A stretch of 49,221 nucleotides of DNA from positions 1-49,221 of the forward strand of contig JBBFKW010000018.1 in NCBI GenBank assembly GCA_037481835.1. The letters are read 5' to 3'. The stretch is from Desulfosoma sp. (lineage in GTDB: Bacteria > Desulfobacterota > Syntrophobacteria > Syntrophobacterales > DSM-9756). Below the pieces are notes generated by a model, which saw nothing but the letters and a program-made list of their open reading frames with translations, ran no database searches and had not been told where the DNA came from. Both the position numbers and the translations under genes were made by a program. Numbering within the stretch: the first letter of the stretch is position 1; each line of letters begins with the position of its first letter. Shown here piece by piece: positions 39,279 through 49,146 of this stretch.

Positions 39279-40676
39279 ATGATGGCAGAAGATGGAAGAC
39301 TGGAAAAGGACACCCTGGGCGATGTGCTGGTGCCTCGATCGGCTTACTACGGGGCTCAGACACAAAGGGCCGTGGACAATTTTCCCATAAGCGGCACCCC
39401 CATGCCGCGGCCCTTTCTGGAGGCTTTGGCTCTCATCAAGGAAAAAGCCGCGGAAGTCCACGCCGCCGACGGGCGGCTGGATCCCGCCTTGGCGGACGCC
39501 ATCTGCCAGGCCGCTCGGGAAGTGCGATCCGGAAAGCATTGGGACCAATTCCCCGTGGATGTGTTCCAGACGGGTTCCGGGACGTCCACCAACATGAACA
39601 TGAACGAAGTGCTGGCGGGACGGGCCAATGAGATCCTCACGGGACGCCGTGGAGGAAAACATCCGGTTCACCCCAATGACCATGTGAACATGGCCCAGTC
39701 CAGCAATGATGTCATCCCCACGGCGCTCCACATCGCCGGGTGGTGTGGGATCCGGGACAAAGTCCTGCCGGCCTTGGGCCGCCTCGAAGAGACCTTGCGC
39801 CGAAAGGCGGAAAGCTTTGCCGATGTCATCAAAATCGGCCGCACTCATCTGCAGGACGCTCTGCCCGTCACATTGGGTCAGGAATTTTCCGGCTATGCGC
39901 GCCAGATCGCCCTGGGCCGGGATCGGCTCCGTGCGGTGGAGCCGCGCTTGAGTGAAGTGGCTCTTGGAGGCACAGCCGTGGGAACGGGAGTCGGGGTGCC
40001 CCCGGGTTTCGTCAAGAAGGTGTTGGACCGGATCAACGCCGAAACGGGAGGGGCATTTCGGGAAGCCGAAAACCATTTCGAAGCGCAAAGCGCCCAGGAC
40101 GCCGTGGTGGAAACCGGCGGGGCCTTGAAGACGGTGGCCGTGAGCCTTTACAAAATCGCCAACGATCTCCGATGGCTCGCTTCAGGGCCGCGGTGCGGGC
40201 TCAGCGAAATCCGGCTGCCGGCGGTGCAGCCGGGATCATCCATGATGCCGGGAAAAATCAACCCCGTCATCCTGGAAGCCGTGATTCAAGCCGCCACCCG
40301 GGTCATGGGAAACGATGGGACCCTCACTTTGGCCGGACAAGGGGGCGTTTTCGAACTGCACCTCATGCTGCCGCTCTTGGCTTACACCCTGCTGGAATCC
40401 ATCGAACTCATCGGCAACAGCGCTTCGGTCTTGGCTGATAAGTGCATCCAGGGGATTCAGGCTCACCGGCAGCGATGCGCCGCCTTGGTGGAACAGAGCC
40501 TGGCCCTGGCGACCTCGCTCGTTCCCCTCTTGGGCTACGACAAGGCGGCGGAAGTGGCCAAGAAGGCCTACGAGGACGGAGTCACGGTGCGGGAGGCGGC
40601 CCGATCCTTGGGGATCGCCCCTGAGGAAACCATCGATGCGGCTTTGGCGGATGTGGTTCCTCGAGACCGGCGCTGA
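39279..40676 (+). CDS. fumC: Class II fumarate hydratase
   Basis: YYGAQTQRA, QTGSGTSTNMN, KIGRTHLQDA and GSSMMPGKINP motifs. Confidence 0.92.
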   Translation: MMAEDGRLEKDTLGDVLVPRSAYYGAQTQRAVDNFPISGTPMPRPFLEALALIKEKAAEVHAADGRLDPALADAICQAAREVRSGKHWDQFPVDVFQTGSGTSTNMNMNEVLAGRANEILTGRRGGKHPVHPNDHVNMAQSSNDVIPTALHIAGWCGIRDKVLPALGRLEETLRRKAESFADVIKIGRTHLQDALPVTLGQEFSGYARQIALGRDRLRAVEPRLSEVALGGTAVGTGVGVPPGFVKKVLDRINAETGGAFREAENHFEAQSAQDAVVETGGALKTVAVSLYKIANDLRWLASGPRCGLSEIRLPAVQPGSSMMPGKINPVILEAVIQAATRVMGNDGTLTLAGQGGVFELHLMLPLLAYTLLESIELIGNSASVLADKCIQGIQAHRQRCAALVEQSLALATSLVPLLGYDKAAEVAKKAYEDGVTVREAARSLGIAPEETIDAALADVVPRDRR

Positions 40677-40804
40677 GGCGGATCGTCAAAGATGTGACGG
40701 TGCGGGCCAAGGGAGAAGGGTGGCGGATGGGACGCGCGGCCGGAGGGAGCGGCCCTCCAAGGGTTTTTTGAAACAAGGACGCGGGTGGCCCTTGGGGGAG
40801 ATGG

Positions 40805-40984
40805 TGGGGTTTGCGGCGCTGAGTCTAGCAGGTATTTGATGTTGGGGTTCGCTTCGCTCACCCCAACCTACATCTGGGGGTTGGTGCGCTGAGTCTAACG
40901 GATATTTCATGTTGGGGTTCGCTTCGCTCACCCCAACCTACATCGACATCTCTTGATGTTGGGGTGAGCGAAGCGAACCCCAAC
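40805..40984. repeat. REP cluster: two 70-bp tandem units plus an inverted copy
   Basis: REPs at 40841-40871(-), 40911-40941(-) and 40958-40984(+, lacks GTAG). Confidence 0.85.
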
Positions 40985-41133
40985 GTGCCTTTCCACATCC
41001 TGATGGAGAGGGGGAGGGAAGGCCTGCTTCTTGCTAAAGGTGGAGGAAGGCTGAGGCGCGCGGGGAAAAGAGCCGTCGGCGTGAGCCCCGCCCGGTTGCG
41101 AGGGAAAAAGCTGCCGCAGAGGAGGAAAACCCG

Positions 41134-42201
41134 GTGGGCGTGTCTTTCATTCGAAAAACCATCCCGAGCCCCACGACAGGGACGAGTGCGTCCGTAAGCC
41201 ATGCGCCGACTTTGGTTCGCGCCATGGGACAGCGGCTTTTTGAAAACGTGCTTCGCGGCCAAGGACAACCCATCCCGGATTCCGTGGCCGCTCCCGGAGA
41301 AGAGCTGGCGCTCATGGAAAACGCATCCCAAGCCCCCAATCTTTCGGGGGTGCGAGCAGCCGTGCAGGGGGCGGATCCCGCCACACGGCAGGCCATGATC
41401 ACGGCCGCCTACATCAAGGCGTCCGCCTTGGGGTCGGGAGCTTCGCCGTGGAAAACGCCGGGCGTCCTCGGAACGTCCTTTCGAGGGATTTCAGGGGGCT
41501 TGTCAGAGGTTCCAGCGACGGCGGCTCTCGAAGGCCCCCCAACGGAAGGGCGCACGGGTGCGGGCCAGGAGGGGCTCGGAAGCCTGGCCGCAAGATTCGA
41601 ATCCGGATCCCTCGGTAGTGAAGCCGTGGGCTACGATCCCGGAGGCGGCACGTCTTACGGCCTCTACCAGATCGCTTCCCGAACCGGCACCATGGAGCGC
41701 TTCCTGGATTTTCTCGCCGTGCATGAACCCCGCTGGGCACAGCGCCTGAGAGCCGCCGGGCCGGCCGATACGGGCGGATCAGACGGGGCCATGCCCCGGG
41801 TGTGGAAAGCCATTGCCCGGGAAAACCCCGAAAGGTTCGCGCAGCTCCAGCAGGCCTTCATTCGCGAGACCCACTATGAACCGGCCCGCCGCGCCGTGGA
41901 AGACGCTACGGGGGTTGATCTGGAAAAGGCGTCCAGGGCCGTGCAGGAAGCGCTGTGGAGCGCCTCCGTGCAGCACGGGCCGGGGCGGGCCGCCGACATG
42001 TTCATCCGGGCGCTGAAATCTCAAGGACTTGGGGGGAGTCCCGTGGACGAAGCGGCCCTCATCCATTCCGTTTATCGGGATCGAGGCCGTTCGAGCCGCT
42101 TCTTTTCGGGATCTCTGCGAGAGGCTCTCTTGCGCCGTTTTCAACAAGAAAAGGCCATGGTCCTCGCCATGCTCACGGGTGAGAACGAAACGACGGCCTG
42201 A
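41134..42201 (+). CDS. Protein with C-terminal lysozyme-like domain (VgrG3 C-terminal-like muramidase)
   Basis: LGSLAARFESG...GYD..GGTSYGLYQ...F...Q..FI..THY.P...WS.SVQHG...RF..E. Low-complexity N-terminus. Confidence 0.68.
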   Translation: MGVSFIRKTIPSPTTGTSASVSHAPTLVRAMGQRLFENVLRGQGQPIPDSVAAPGEELALMENASQAPNLSGVRAAVQGADPATRQAMITAAYIKASALGSGASPWKTPGVLGTSFRGISGGLSEVPATAALEGPPTEGRTGAGQEGLGSLAARFESGSLGSEAVGYDPGGGTSYGLYQIASRTGTMERFLDFLAVHEPRWAQRLRAAGPADTGGSDGAMPRVWKAIARENPERFAQLQQAFIRETHYEPARRAVEDATGVDLEKASRAVQEALWSASVQHGPGRAADMFIRALKSQGLGGSPVDEAALIHSVYRDRGRSSRFFSGSLREALLRRFQQEKAMVLAMLTGENETTA

Positions 42202-42207
42202 GAAGGG

Positions 42208-42244
42208 ACCGGCGAGGGCGGCTCGAGCCGCCCTCGCCGGTTTT
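42208..42244 (+). terminator. Intrinsic terminator
   Basis: Perfect 34-bp palindrome ACCGGCGAGGGCGGCTCGAGCCGCCCTCGCCGGT followed by TTT, between convergent genes. Confidence 0.75.
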
Positions 42245-42284
42245 GCAAGGGCCGAAGGATGAAGAAGTCTCGCCGTCTTCGGGC

Positions 42285-44237
42285 CTAAGAGGCCAACTCT
42301 GGGAGGTTCCGGTAGAACTCCAAGGCTTCAGGGTTGGCCAGGGCGTCTTTGTTCTTCACGTCCTGGTTGTGGATGACTTTGCGCACCGCCAGCTCCACCT
42401 TCTTGCCGCTGATGGTGTAGGGGATATCCGGAACGGCGATGATCTTGGCCGGCACGTGACGCGGCGTGGTGTTGGTCCGGATGGCGGTCTTGATGCGGTT
42501 GATAAGGGCGTCGTCCAGCACGCACCCTTCCCGGAGCTTCACGAAGAGGATGACCCGCACGTCGTTGTCCCAATCCTGGCCCACGACGAGGCTGTCGAGA
42601 ATTTCCGGAATGGTTTCCACCTGTCGATAAATTTCGGCGGTGCCGATGCGCACCCCGCCGGGATTGAGGGTGGCGTCGGAACGCCCGTAAATGATCACGC
42701 CGCCGTGTTCGGTGATTTCGATGAAATCACCATGGTGCCAGACGCCCGGGAACACGCTGAAATAGGCGTCCCGGTATTTCTGCCCGTCCGGATCGTTCCA
42801 AAAGTAGATGGGCATGGACGGAGCGGCCGCCGTGCAGACCAGTTCACCCTTTTGGCCGATGACCGGTTTTCCGTTTTCGTCCCAGGCTTCCACCTTCATG
42901 CCCAGGCCCCGGCACTGCAGTTCCCCCGCATAGACCGGGCCCATGGGGTTTCCTAGAGCAAAGCACGAAATGATGTCCGTGCCGCCCGAAATGGACGACA
43001 GGCACAGGTCCGCCTTGATGTCCCGGTAGACGTATTCAAAACTTTCGATGGCCAGAGGCGACCCCGTGGACAAAACGGCCTTGAGGGGGCTCAGGTCGTA
43101 GGTTTCCTTGGGTTTGACGCCGGCCTTTTCCACGGCCGCCAAATATTTGGCGCTGGTTCCGAAGATGGTGATCTTTTCGTCCTGCGCCATCTGCCACATG
43201 GCTCCCGGGTCGGGGTAGAACGGGGACCCGTCGTAGAGGAGGACGCGGGCGCCCAGCATGAGGGAGCTCACGAGCCAGTTCCACATCATCCAGCCGCACG
43301 TGGTGAAGTAGAAAATGGTGTCGTCTCGGGTCACGTCTGTGTGGAGTTTCAATTCCTTGAAGTGCTGGATCAGGGTGCCCACAGCCCCGTGGACGATGCA
43401 TTTGGGAATGCCCGTGGTGCCGGACGAGTACATGATGTAGAGGGGGTGGTTGGCGGGCAGCTGTTCGAAATCGATGGTCAAGCCGTTTTCCTTGGCCATG
43501 AAGTCGTCCAGGAGGACGCCGTTTCGCACGCGGTCGGCATCGGGATGGGCCTCCGTGTAGGGGATCACCACCACCTTTTCGATGGTGGGCAGTTCCTTGA
43601 GGATTTCGCTGATGCGTTCCAGGGAATCGAAGGTCTTGCCGTTGTACTGGTAGCCGTTGGCGGTAAAAAGCACCCGGGGCTGGATTTGGCCGAACCGGTC
43701 CAAAACCCCTTTGATGCCGAAATCCGGGGAGCACGACGACCACACGGCGCCCACGCTGACGGAGGCCAGCATGGCCACGACCGTTTCGATCATGTTGGGG
43801 ACAAAACCGGCGATCCGGTCTCCCGGCTGGATGCCCATGGCCCGCAAGGACGCCGCGAGGCGCGCCACCCGGTCATAGAGCTCGCCATAGGTGATGTGCA
43901 CCGTCGGGCGGCCTTCGCCCTTGAAACTCAAGGCAATGTGGTCGTCTCGATACCGCAGCAGATTTTCGGCGAAGTTCAACCTCGCCCCTTCAAACCAGCG
44001 GGCGCCCGGAAGCTTTTTCACGTCGTCCACGACCTGATCGTAGGAACGGCTGACCGAAAAGCCCGCATAGTCCCACAAGGTCGCCCAAAATGTGGGGATT
44101 TCTTCAATGGACCACTGGTAAAGGTCGTCGTAAGTGCGGAACGCTGTGCCGTGCTTCTCGTTCACATGCTGCAGAAACCGGAACATGTTGGTGCTTCGCG
44201 CGCGCTCTTCGCTCGGGTGCCAAAGCAGTCGACTCAT
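42285..44237 (-). CDS. Acetoacetate--CoA ligase
   Basis: YSSGTTGIPKCIVH, TTCGWMMWNWL, SGGTD, GRSDATLNPGGVRIG and PYTISGKK motifs. Confidence 0.94.
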   Translation of the reverse strand: MSRLLWHPSEERARSTNMFRFLQHVNEKHGTAFRTYDDLYQWSIEEIPTFWATLWDYAGFSVSRSYDQVVDDVKKLPGARWFEGARLNFAENLLRYRDDHIALSFKGEGRPTVHITYGELYDRVARLAASLRAMGIQPGDRIAGFVPNMIETVVAMLASVSVGAVWSSCSPDFGIKGVLDRFGQIQPRVLFTANGYQYNGKTFDSLERISEILKELPTIEKVVVIPYTEAHPDADRVRNGVLLDDFMAKENGLTIDFEQLPANHPLYIMYSSGTTGIPKCIVHGAVGTLIQHFKELKLHTDVTRDDTIFYFTTCGWMMWNWLVSSLMLGARVLLYDGSPFYPDPGAMWQMAQDEKITIFGTSAKYLAAVEKAGVKPKETYDLSPLKAVLSTGSPLAIESFEYVYRDIKADLCLSSISGGTDIISCFALGNPMGPVYAGELQCRGLGMKVEAWDENGKPVIGQKGELVCTAAAPSMPIYFWNDPDGQKYRDAYFSVFPGVWHHGDFIEITEHGGVIIYGRSDATLNPGGVRIGTAEIYRQVETIPEILDSLVVGQDWDNDVRVILFVKLREGCVLDDALINRIKTAIRTNTTPRHVPAKIIAVPDIPYTISGKKVELAVRKVIHNQDVKNKDALANPEALEFYRNLPELAS

Positions 44238-44455
44238 GAAAGCCTCCGTTTTCCATGAAATTCGTCAATTTCCCCAGATGCCCTCCGCATCCTTCCATCC
44301 GCAGGCCATCGGTTGAGAAGGCCGAGCATCCGCAGAAACTGAGGCATGTGTCGCGAGAAGGCGAGGGGCGACGGCCACGAATAGAAGCGCACCGCCATGC
44401 TAGCAAGTTTTGGATGTGAACAAAAGTTTAAAATACGCAAACTTTCCCGGAAGGC

Positions 44456-44806
44456 CTAAAGTTCCGGGGGACCTGCCGGGATGAGGCAGATGATGCGCAA
44501 AGGCTCATCGGAGGTGTTCTTAATCTGGTGTTCTTCGTTGGGAGGGATGAACACGGCGTCTCCCTGGGCGATGGGAACCCATTGGCCTTCTTTGTAGGCG
44601 GAGCCGCGCCCTTCGTGGACGAAGATTTCATGTTCCCAGTCGTGGGCGTGGCGTGGGGTGTGGCCGCCCGGGTTGATTTCGAAAAGGCGCATGCAAAAGC
44701 GGCGGGCGCCGTCTCGAGCGCCGATGAGAAGGCGGCCGGTCACGCCCCGGGCGGCTTCGTTATCGAAGAAGGTGCCGGGAATGTCCTTGTAGGATTGGAT
44801 TTTCAT
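44456..44806 (-). CDS. Cupin domain protein
   Basis: PGGHTPRHAHDWEHE...GD.VFIP.NEEH. SD AAGGAG upstream. Confidence 0.9.
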   Translation of the reverse strand: MKIQSYKDIPGTFFDNEAARGVTGRLLIGARDGARRFCMRLFEINPGGHTPRHAHDWEHEIFVHEGRGSAYKEGQWVPIAQGDAVFIPPNEEHQIKNTSDEPLRIICLIPAGPPEL

Positions 44807-44907
44807 GGTTAAGACTCCTTTCAATGGATGAGGGTTGGTGCCCGCAGTCCGGCGCACACCGCTTTCATTAGAGGATCCGCTTCGGTGTGGCAAGTGAGGA
44901 GGCGTTC

Positions 44908-45741
44908 ATGAGCCGCTTTTTCGGCGCTCGGGTGCCGCGATGCGTCCGCCATGTCCATGTGAACATGCCGTGGGTGATGCTTCCCAAGTACCTGAGCGTC
45001 ATCGAAGAAGAGAGATTCCACCTGGAATTGGGCTTCACGGGGGAGGATCTGGACCGTTTGGACTGGAAGTCGCTGGATGGTTCCATCGCCCTCCTGCGCT
45101 CCTGGGGATGCACCCTCACGCTCCATGGGCCCTTTTGGGAACTGTGTGCCGGAAGCTGCGATGCGCTCATCCGCCGGGTGACCCTTTTGCGGTGGCACCA
45201 GATCTTGGATGTGGCCGCACGGGTGAAACCTGAACATGTGGTGTGCCACACGGGCTTCGACCCCAGGCACCACCGGGACCAGAAAAGGGCGTGGGTTTCC
45301 AGGGCGTTGACGCTCTTGGAGCCGCTGGTGGATCGAGCCGAGCGCCTCCAGGTGTGCCTGTGCTTGGAAAATGTGTGGGAAGAGGATCCATCGCTTCACC
45401 AAGACATCCTTTCCCGGCTGGATTCGCCTTTCTTGGGCTTTTGCCTCGATGTGGGACACCAGCACGCTTTTTCTCGAACGCCCCTTTCGGTGTGGCTGGA
45501 GGCTTTAGGCGAGCGGCTTTTGGAGGTGCACCTGCACGATAATGACGGGCGCGGGGACGATCACCTGCCGGTGGGCATGGGCACCATTGATTTCGGGCTT
45601 CTTTTTGAGACCCTGATGCGCAAAGGGCGAAAGCCGCTGCTCACCGTGGAGCCCCACACCAAGGAGCATCTGGTGAAGACGCTGTTAAACCTGGACAAAA
45701 TGCTCCCGGCCGGCGAGATGGAGCGAGATGGAAACATGTAG
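44908..45741 (+). CDS. Sugar phosphate isomerase/epimerase (AP endonuclease 2 TIM barrel)
   Basis: TLHGPF, CHTG, LENV, LDVGH, HLHDNDG..DDH and VEPH motifs. Confidence 0.87.
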   Translation: MSRFFGARVPRCVRHVHVNMPWVMLPKYLSVIEEERFHLELGFTGEDLDRLDWKSLDGSIALLRSWGCTLTLHGPFWELCAGSCDALIRRVTLLRWHQILDVAARVKPEHVVCHTGFDPRHHRDQKRAWVSRALTLLEPLVDRAERLQVCLCLENVWEEDPSLHQDILSRLDSPFLGFCLDVGHQHAFSRTPLSVWLEALGERLLEVHLHDNDGRGDDHLPVGMGTIDFGLLFETLMRKGRKPLLTVEPHTKEHLVKTLLNLDKMLPAGEMERDGNM

Positions 45742-45768
45742 GTTGGGGTGAGCGCAGCGAACCCCAAC
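45738..45768 (+). repeat. REP singlet
   Basis: GTAGGTTGGGGTGAGCGCAGCGAACCCCAAC. Confidence 0.85.
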
Positions 45769-45820
45769 AGAGGTTTTTCGGGCGCTTTCCCGGGAAAACC
45801 CCTAGTTGAAAGGAGCGGCA

Positions 45821-46153
45821 ATGATGGCCATTGTGGAGGTCAGTGTGGTCCCCTTGGGCACGGGGGGAACCAGCCTGAGCCCCTATGTGGCGGGGGCGGT
45901 GGAAATCTTGGAGGCCAGCGGTCTTTCTTACGAATTGACAGCCATGGGAACCATCATCTATGGAGATTTGGACAGGATTCTGGAAACCGTTCGGGCCATG
46001 CACGAAAGTTGTTTCCAAAAGGGCGTGCGTCGGGTCCTGACGCAGATCAAGATCGACGACCGTCGGGATCGGGCGAGCACGCCGGAGGACAAGGTCCGAT
46101 CCGTTTTGGAGAAAACAAGGCGTTCGCCGTCCCGGCGGACCGATGCGGTGTGA
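45821..46153 (+). CDS. MTH1187/YkoF thiamine-binding family protein
   Basis: VSVVPLGT...SLS.YVA, MGT and RV.T.IKIDDRRD motifs. Confidence 0.9.
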   Translation: MMAIVEVSVVPLGTGGTSLSPYVAGAVEILEASGLSYELTAMGTIIYGDLDRILETVRAMHESCFQKGVRRVLTQIKIDDRRDRASTPEDKVRSVLEKTRRSPSRRTDAV

Positions 46154-46160
46154 GGAAGAC

Positions 46161-46391
46161 ATGCGCGAGTTGGTGCATTATCTTGTGAAGGCTTTGGTGG
46201 ATCAACCGGACAGGGTGGTTCTGGAAGAGAAGGCAAGCGGGGATACGGTGCTTTTTGAATTGTCCGTGGCTCCGGAAGACATGGGCAAGGTGATCGGCAA
46301 GAACGGAAAGACCATCGAGGCGTTGAGGACCGTGGTGCAGCTTGCGGCAACCAGCGCGGGCAAGAAGTGCCGCCTGGAGGTTTTGGGCTGA
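46161..46391 (+). CDS. KH-domain RNA-binding protein (KhpA-like)
   Basis: LVDQPD.V and DMGKVIGKNGKTIEALRT motifs. Confidence 0.88.
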   Translation: MRELVHYLVKALVDQPDRVVLEEKASGDTVLFELSVAPEDMGKVIGKNGKTIEALRTVVQLAATSAGKKCRLEVLG

Positions 46392-46445
46392 GGCGCTCCG
46401 AAGGGAAGAGGGACGAACCTTTTGCGAGGACGCGGAGGAGAGGGG

Positions 46446-48911
46446 ATGACCACACATTTTAGGGAACTCGCGGTGGAAGAGCTTCGTGCGAGCGTGGATC
46501 CGAACGCTTTTCCCTTTGACCACACAGGGGTGCTGCCCCCCTTGGAGGAAGGCGTGGTGGGTCAGGAAAGGGCCATTGACGCCATCAAGTTCGGCATGGG
46601 CATGAAGGAAAAGGGCTACAACATCTTCATCGCCGGTCCCGCCAAAGCCGGGCTCACCTACATCGCCCGGACCTTCCTGGAAGAGCAGGCCAAGAAAGAG
46701 CCGACGCCGCCCGATTGGTGTTACGTCTACAACTTCAAGCAACCGGACGAGCCCAAAAGCCTCCGACTTTCTCCAGGGCGCGGCAAAGAACTCAAGAAGG
46801 ACATGGAATCCTTCATCCAAACCCTGCAGGCCAAGATCCCGGAAGTGTTCGACAGTGACGATTATCGGGCCAAGGAAGCGGAAGTGCACCAGGGGTTTGA
46901 ACGGCGCCGGCGTCAGATCATCGACGAGCTGTCCGAAATGGCCCGGGAAGAAGGCTTTATCCTGCAGTTTTCCCAAGTGGGCATGGTGATCATTCCGGCC
47001 AACAAAGAGGGTCAGCCCATGAGCCAGGAGGAGCTGAGCGAGCTGACCGATGAGGAAAAGAAAGCCCTTCGGGAAAAAAGTGATGAGCTGCAGGAGAAGA
47101 TGAAGGCGGCCATTAAACGGATCCGGCAGGCCGAGGCCGAATTCAAAGAAAAGCACGCCAAACTCGACAACGAAATCGCCATGTTCGTCGTCGGGCAGCT
47201 CATGGAGCACTACATCGAAAAGTACGAAGACGAACCGGGCGTGCTGGACTACTTCAAGGCCGTCCAGGAAGACATCCTGGAAAACATCGAGGAATTCAAG
47301 AAAAAGCCCGAAGGCCAGCAGCAGATGGGCCCGTTTCCCATGCCGCCCCGGGAAGCGGCCATGCGCAAGTACGACGTCAACGTCCTCATCGACAACTCGG
47401 AAACCCAGGGCGCCCCGGTGGTCATCGAATCCAACCCGGCGTACCCCAACCTTTTCGGCAGCATCGAAAGGCAGGCGTGGTTCGGGGCTTTGTTCACCGA
47501 TTTTACCATGATCAAACCCGGGGCCCTACACCGCGCCAACGGCGGCTATCTCGTCATGAAGGCTTTGGATCTCTTGAAGTGGTACCTTTCTTGGGAAGCG
47601 ATCAAGCGGGCCTTGCGCGACGGGGTGATCAAGATCGAGGATCTGGGCGAACTGTACGGCATTTTCAGTACACGGACCATCCGTCCCGAACCCATTCCCA
47701 TGGACGTGAAAATCGTCCTCACGGGCGACCCCTACCTTTACTATCTCCTCTATATTTACGACGACCGGTTTCAAAAGCTCTTCAAGGTCAAAGCACACCT
47801 GGACGATCAAATGGACCGCAAGGAAGACACCGTGCTCCAATGCGCCCGCATGATCAGCCGGTTCTGTCAGGAAAACAAAATCCGCCATTTGGATCGCACC
47901 GGCGTGGCCCGGGTGCTGGAATACAGCATGGAGGCCACGGGCGATCGGGACAAGCTCAGTTTGGAGTTGGGCGACATCAGCGATCTCCTTCGGGAAGCCA
48001 ATTACTTTGCCGCCCTGGACAACGCGGAATTTATCCAGCGGGACCATGTGCACCAAGCCGTGCAAAAACGCATTTACCGGGCCAACCTCGTGGAGGAGCG
48101 GGTCAAGGAACTGGTCAAAAAAGACATCTTCTGGGTGGAGACCTCCGGTGCCAAGGTGGGGCAAGTCAATGGCTTGTCGGTCCTCATGACGGGCGATCAC
48201 GAGTTCGGCAAACCCAATCGGATTACCGCCACGGTGTCCGTGGGTCGCGAAGGCGTTGTGGCCATCGAACGGGAATCCAAGCTGAGCGGCAACATCCACA
48301 CCAAGGGGGTCATGATCCTCACGAGCTTCCTCAAGGAACGCTTTGCCCACAACAAGCCCATCTCTCTGACGGCCACCCTGTGCTTTGAGCAGAGTTACGG
48401 CATGGTGGAAGGGGACAGCGCCTCCAGCACGGAACTCTACGCCATCCTGAGCGCCCTGTCCGGCGTGCCCATCAAGCAGGGGATCGCCGTGACCGGATCG
48501 GTCAGCCAGAAAGGGGAAATCCAGCCCGTGGGCGGAGTGACGCAAAAGATCGAGGCCTTTTTCGACATTTGTGCACACAAGGGCCTGAGCGGCGACCAGG
48601 GCGTGATCATCCCCGAGAAGAATGTGCGCAACCTCATGCTCAAGCAGGCGGTGGTGGATGCGGTCAAGGAAGGGAAGTTCCACATCTGGCCCGTGAGCCG
48701 TATCGAAGAAGGAATTGAAATCCTTACAGGCGTTCCGGCCGGGGAACTCCAGCCCGACGGCACCTATCCCGAAGGGACCATCTTCCGGAAGGCGGATGAC
48801 CGGCTCAAAGAAATCGCGGAAATCGTCAAGAAATTCGGCAAGGACGAAGACGGCGGAGGCCGACCTTCGGAAGAAGGCGGCGGGGGCGGCTGCCCGAGCT
48901 GCGATCGGTAG
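46446..48911 (+). CDS. Lon-family protease, LonC-like
   Basis: GQERA, PGALHRANGGYL, GQVNGL, FEQSY..VEGDSAS and GGVTQKIE motifs. Walker A is degenerate. Confidence 0.9.
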   Translation: MTTHFRELAVEELRASVDPNAFPFDHTGVLPPLEEGVVGQERAIDAIKFGMGMKEKGYNIFIAGPAKAGLTYIARTFLEEQAKKEPTPPDWCYVYNFKQPDEPKSLRLSPGRGKELKKDMESFIQTLQAKIPEVFDSDDYRAKEAEVHQGFERRRRQIIDELSEMAREEGFILQFSQVGMVIIPANKEGQPMSQEELSELTDEEKKALREKSDELQEKMKAAIKRIRQAEAEFKEKHAKLDNEIAMFVVGQLMEHYIEKYEDEPGVLDYFKAVQEDILENIEEFKKKPEGQQQMGPFPMPPREAAMRKYDVNVLIDNSETQGAPVVIESNPAYPNLFGSIERQAWFGALFTDFTMIKPGALHRANGGYLVMKALDLLKWYLSWEAIKRALRDGVIKIEDLGELYGIFSTRTIRPEPIPMDVKIVLTGDPYLYYLLYIYDDRFQKLFKVKAHLDDQMDRKEDTVLQCARMISRFCQENKIRHLDRTGVARVLEYSMEATGDRDKLSLELGDISDLLREANYFAALDNAEFIQRDHVHQAVQKRIYRANLVEERVKELVKKDIFWVETSGAKVGQVNGLSVLMTGDHEFGKPNRITATVSVGREGVVAIERESKLSGNIHTKGVMILTSFLKERFAHNKPISLTATLCFEQSYGMVEGDSASSTELYAILSALSGVPIKQGIAVTGSVSQKGEIQPVGGVTQKIEAFFDICAHKGLSGDQGVIIPEKNVRNLMLKQAVVDAVKEGKFHIWPVSRIEEGIEILTGVPAGELQPDGTYPEGTIFRKADDRLKEIAEIVKKFGKDEDGGGRPSEEGGGGGCPSCDR

Positions 48912-49008
48912 CGTTGTGTCATGCGGCCGCCGCCCGTTGGGGCCAAGGCCGAGCCGACCAGGATGGGAGGGAGCCGTCGCTTTCCGGAAGGCGCCGAGAT
49001 GGAGACAT

Positions 49009-49039
49009 GTAGGTTGGGGTGAGCGCAGCGAACCCCAAC
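49009..49039 (+). repeat. REP singlet
   Basis: Identical to 45738-45768. Confidence 0.85.
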
Positions 49040-49146
49040 CTTCTAACGGGGTGGCTCCCGCCCTTTAAGGCGGACAATCCCGCTCGCAGAGGGCCCCCAT
49101 CCCTCGCTTTGTCGCCGGGGAAAATGCATGTTGGCGGGCGTGCTTT

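Noticed and set aside
40841..40984. CRISPR-like 31-bp repeats with 39-bp spacing
   Set aside because: The spacers resemble each other, the third copy is inverted, the repeat is dispersed through the window, and there are no cas genes.
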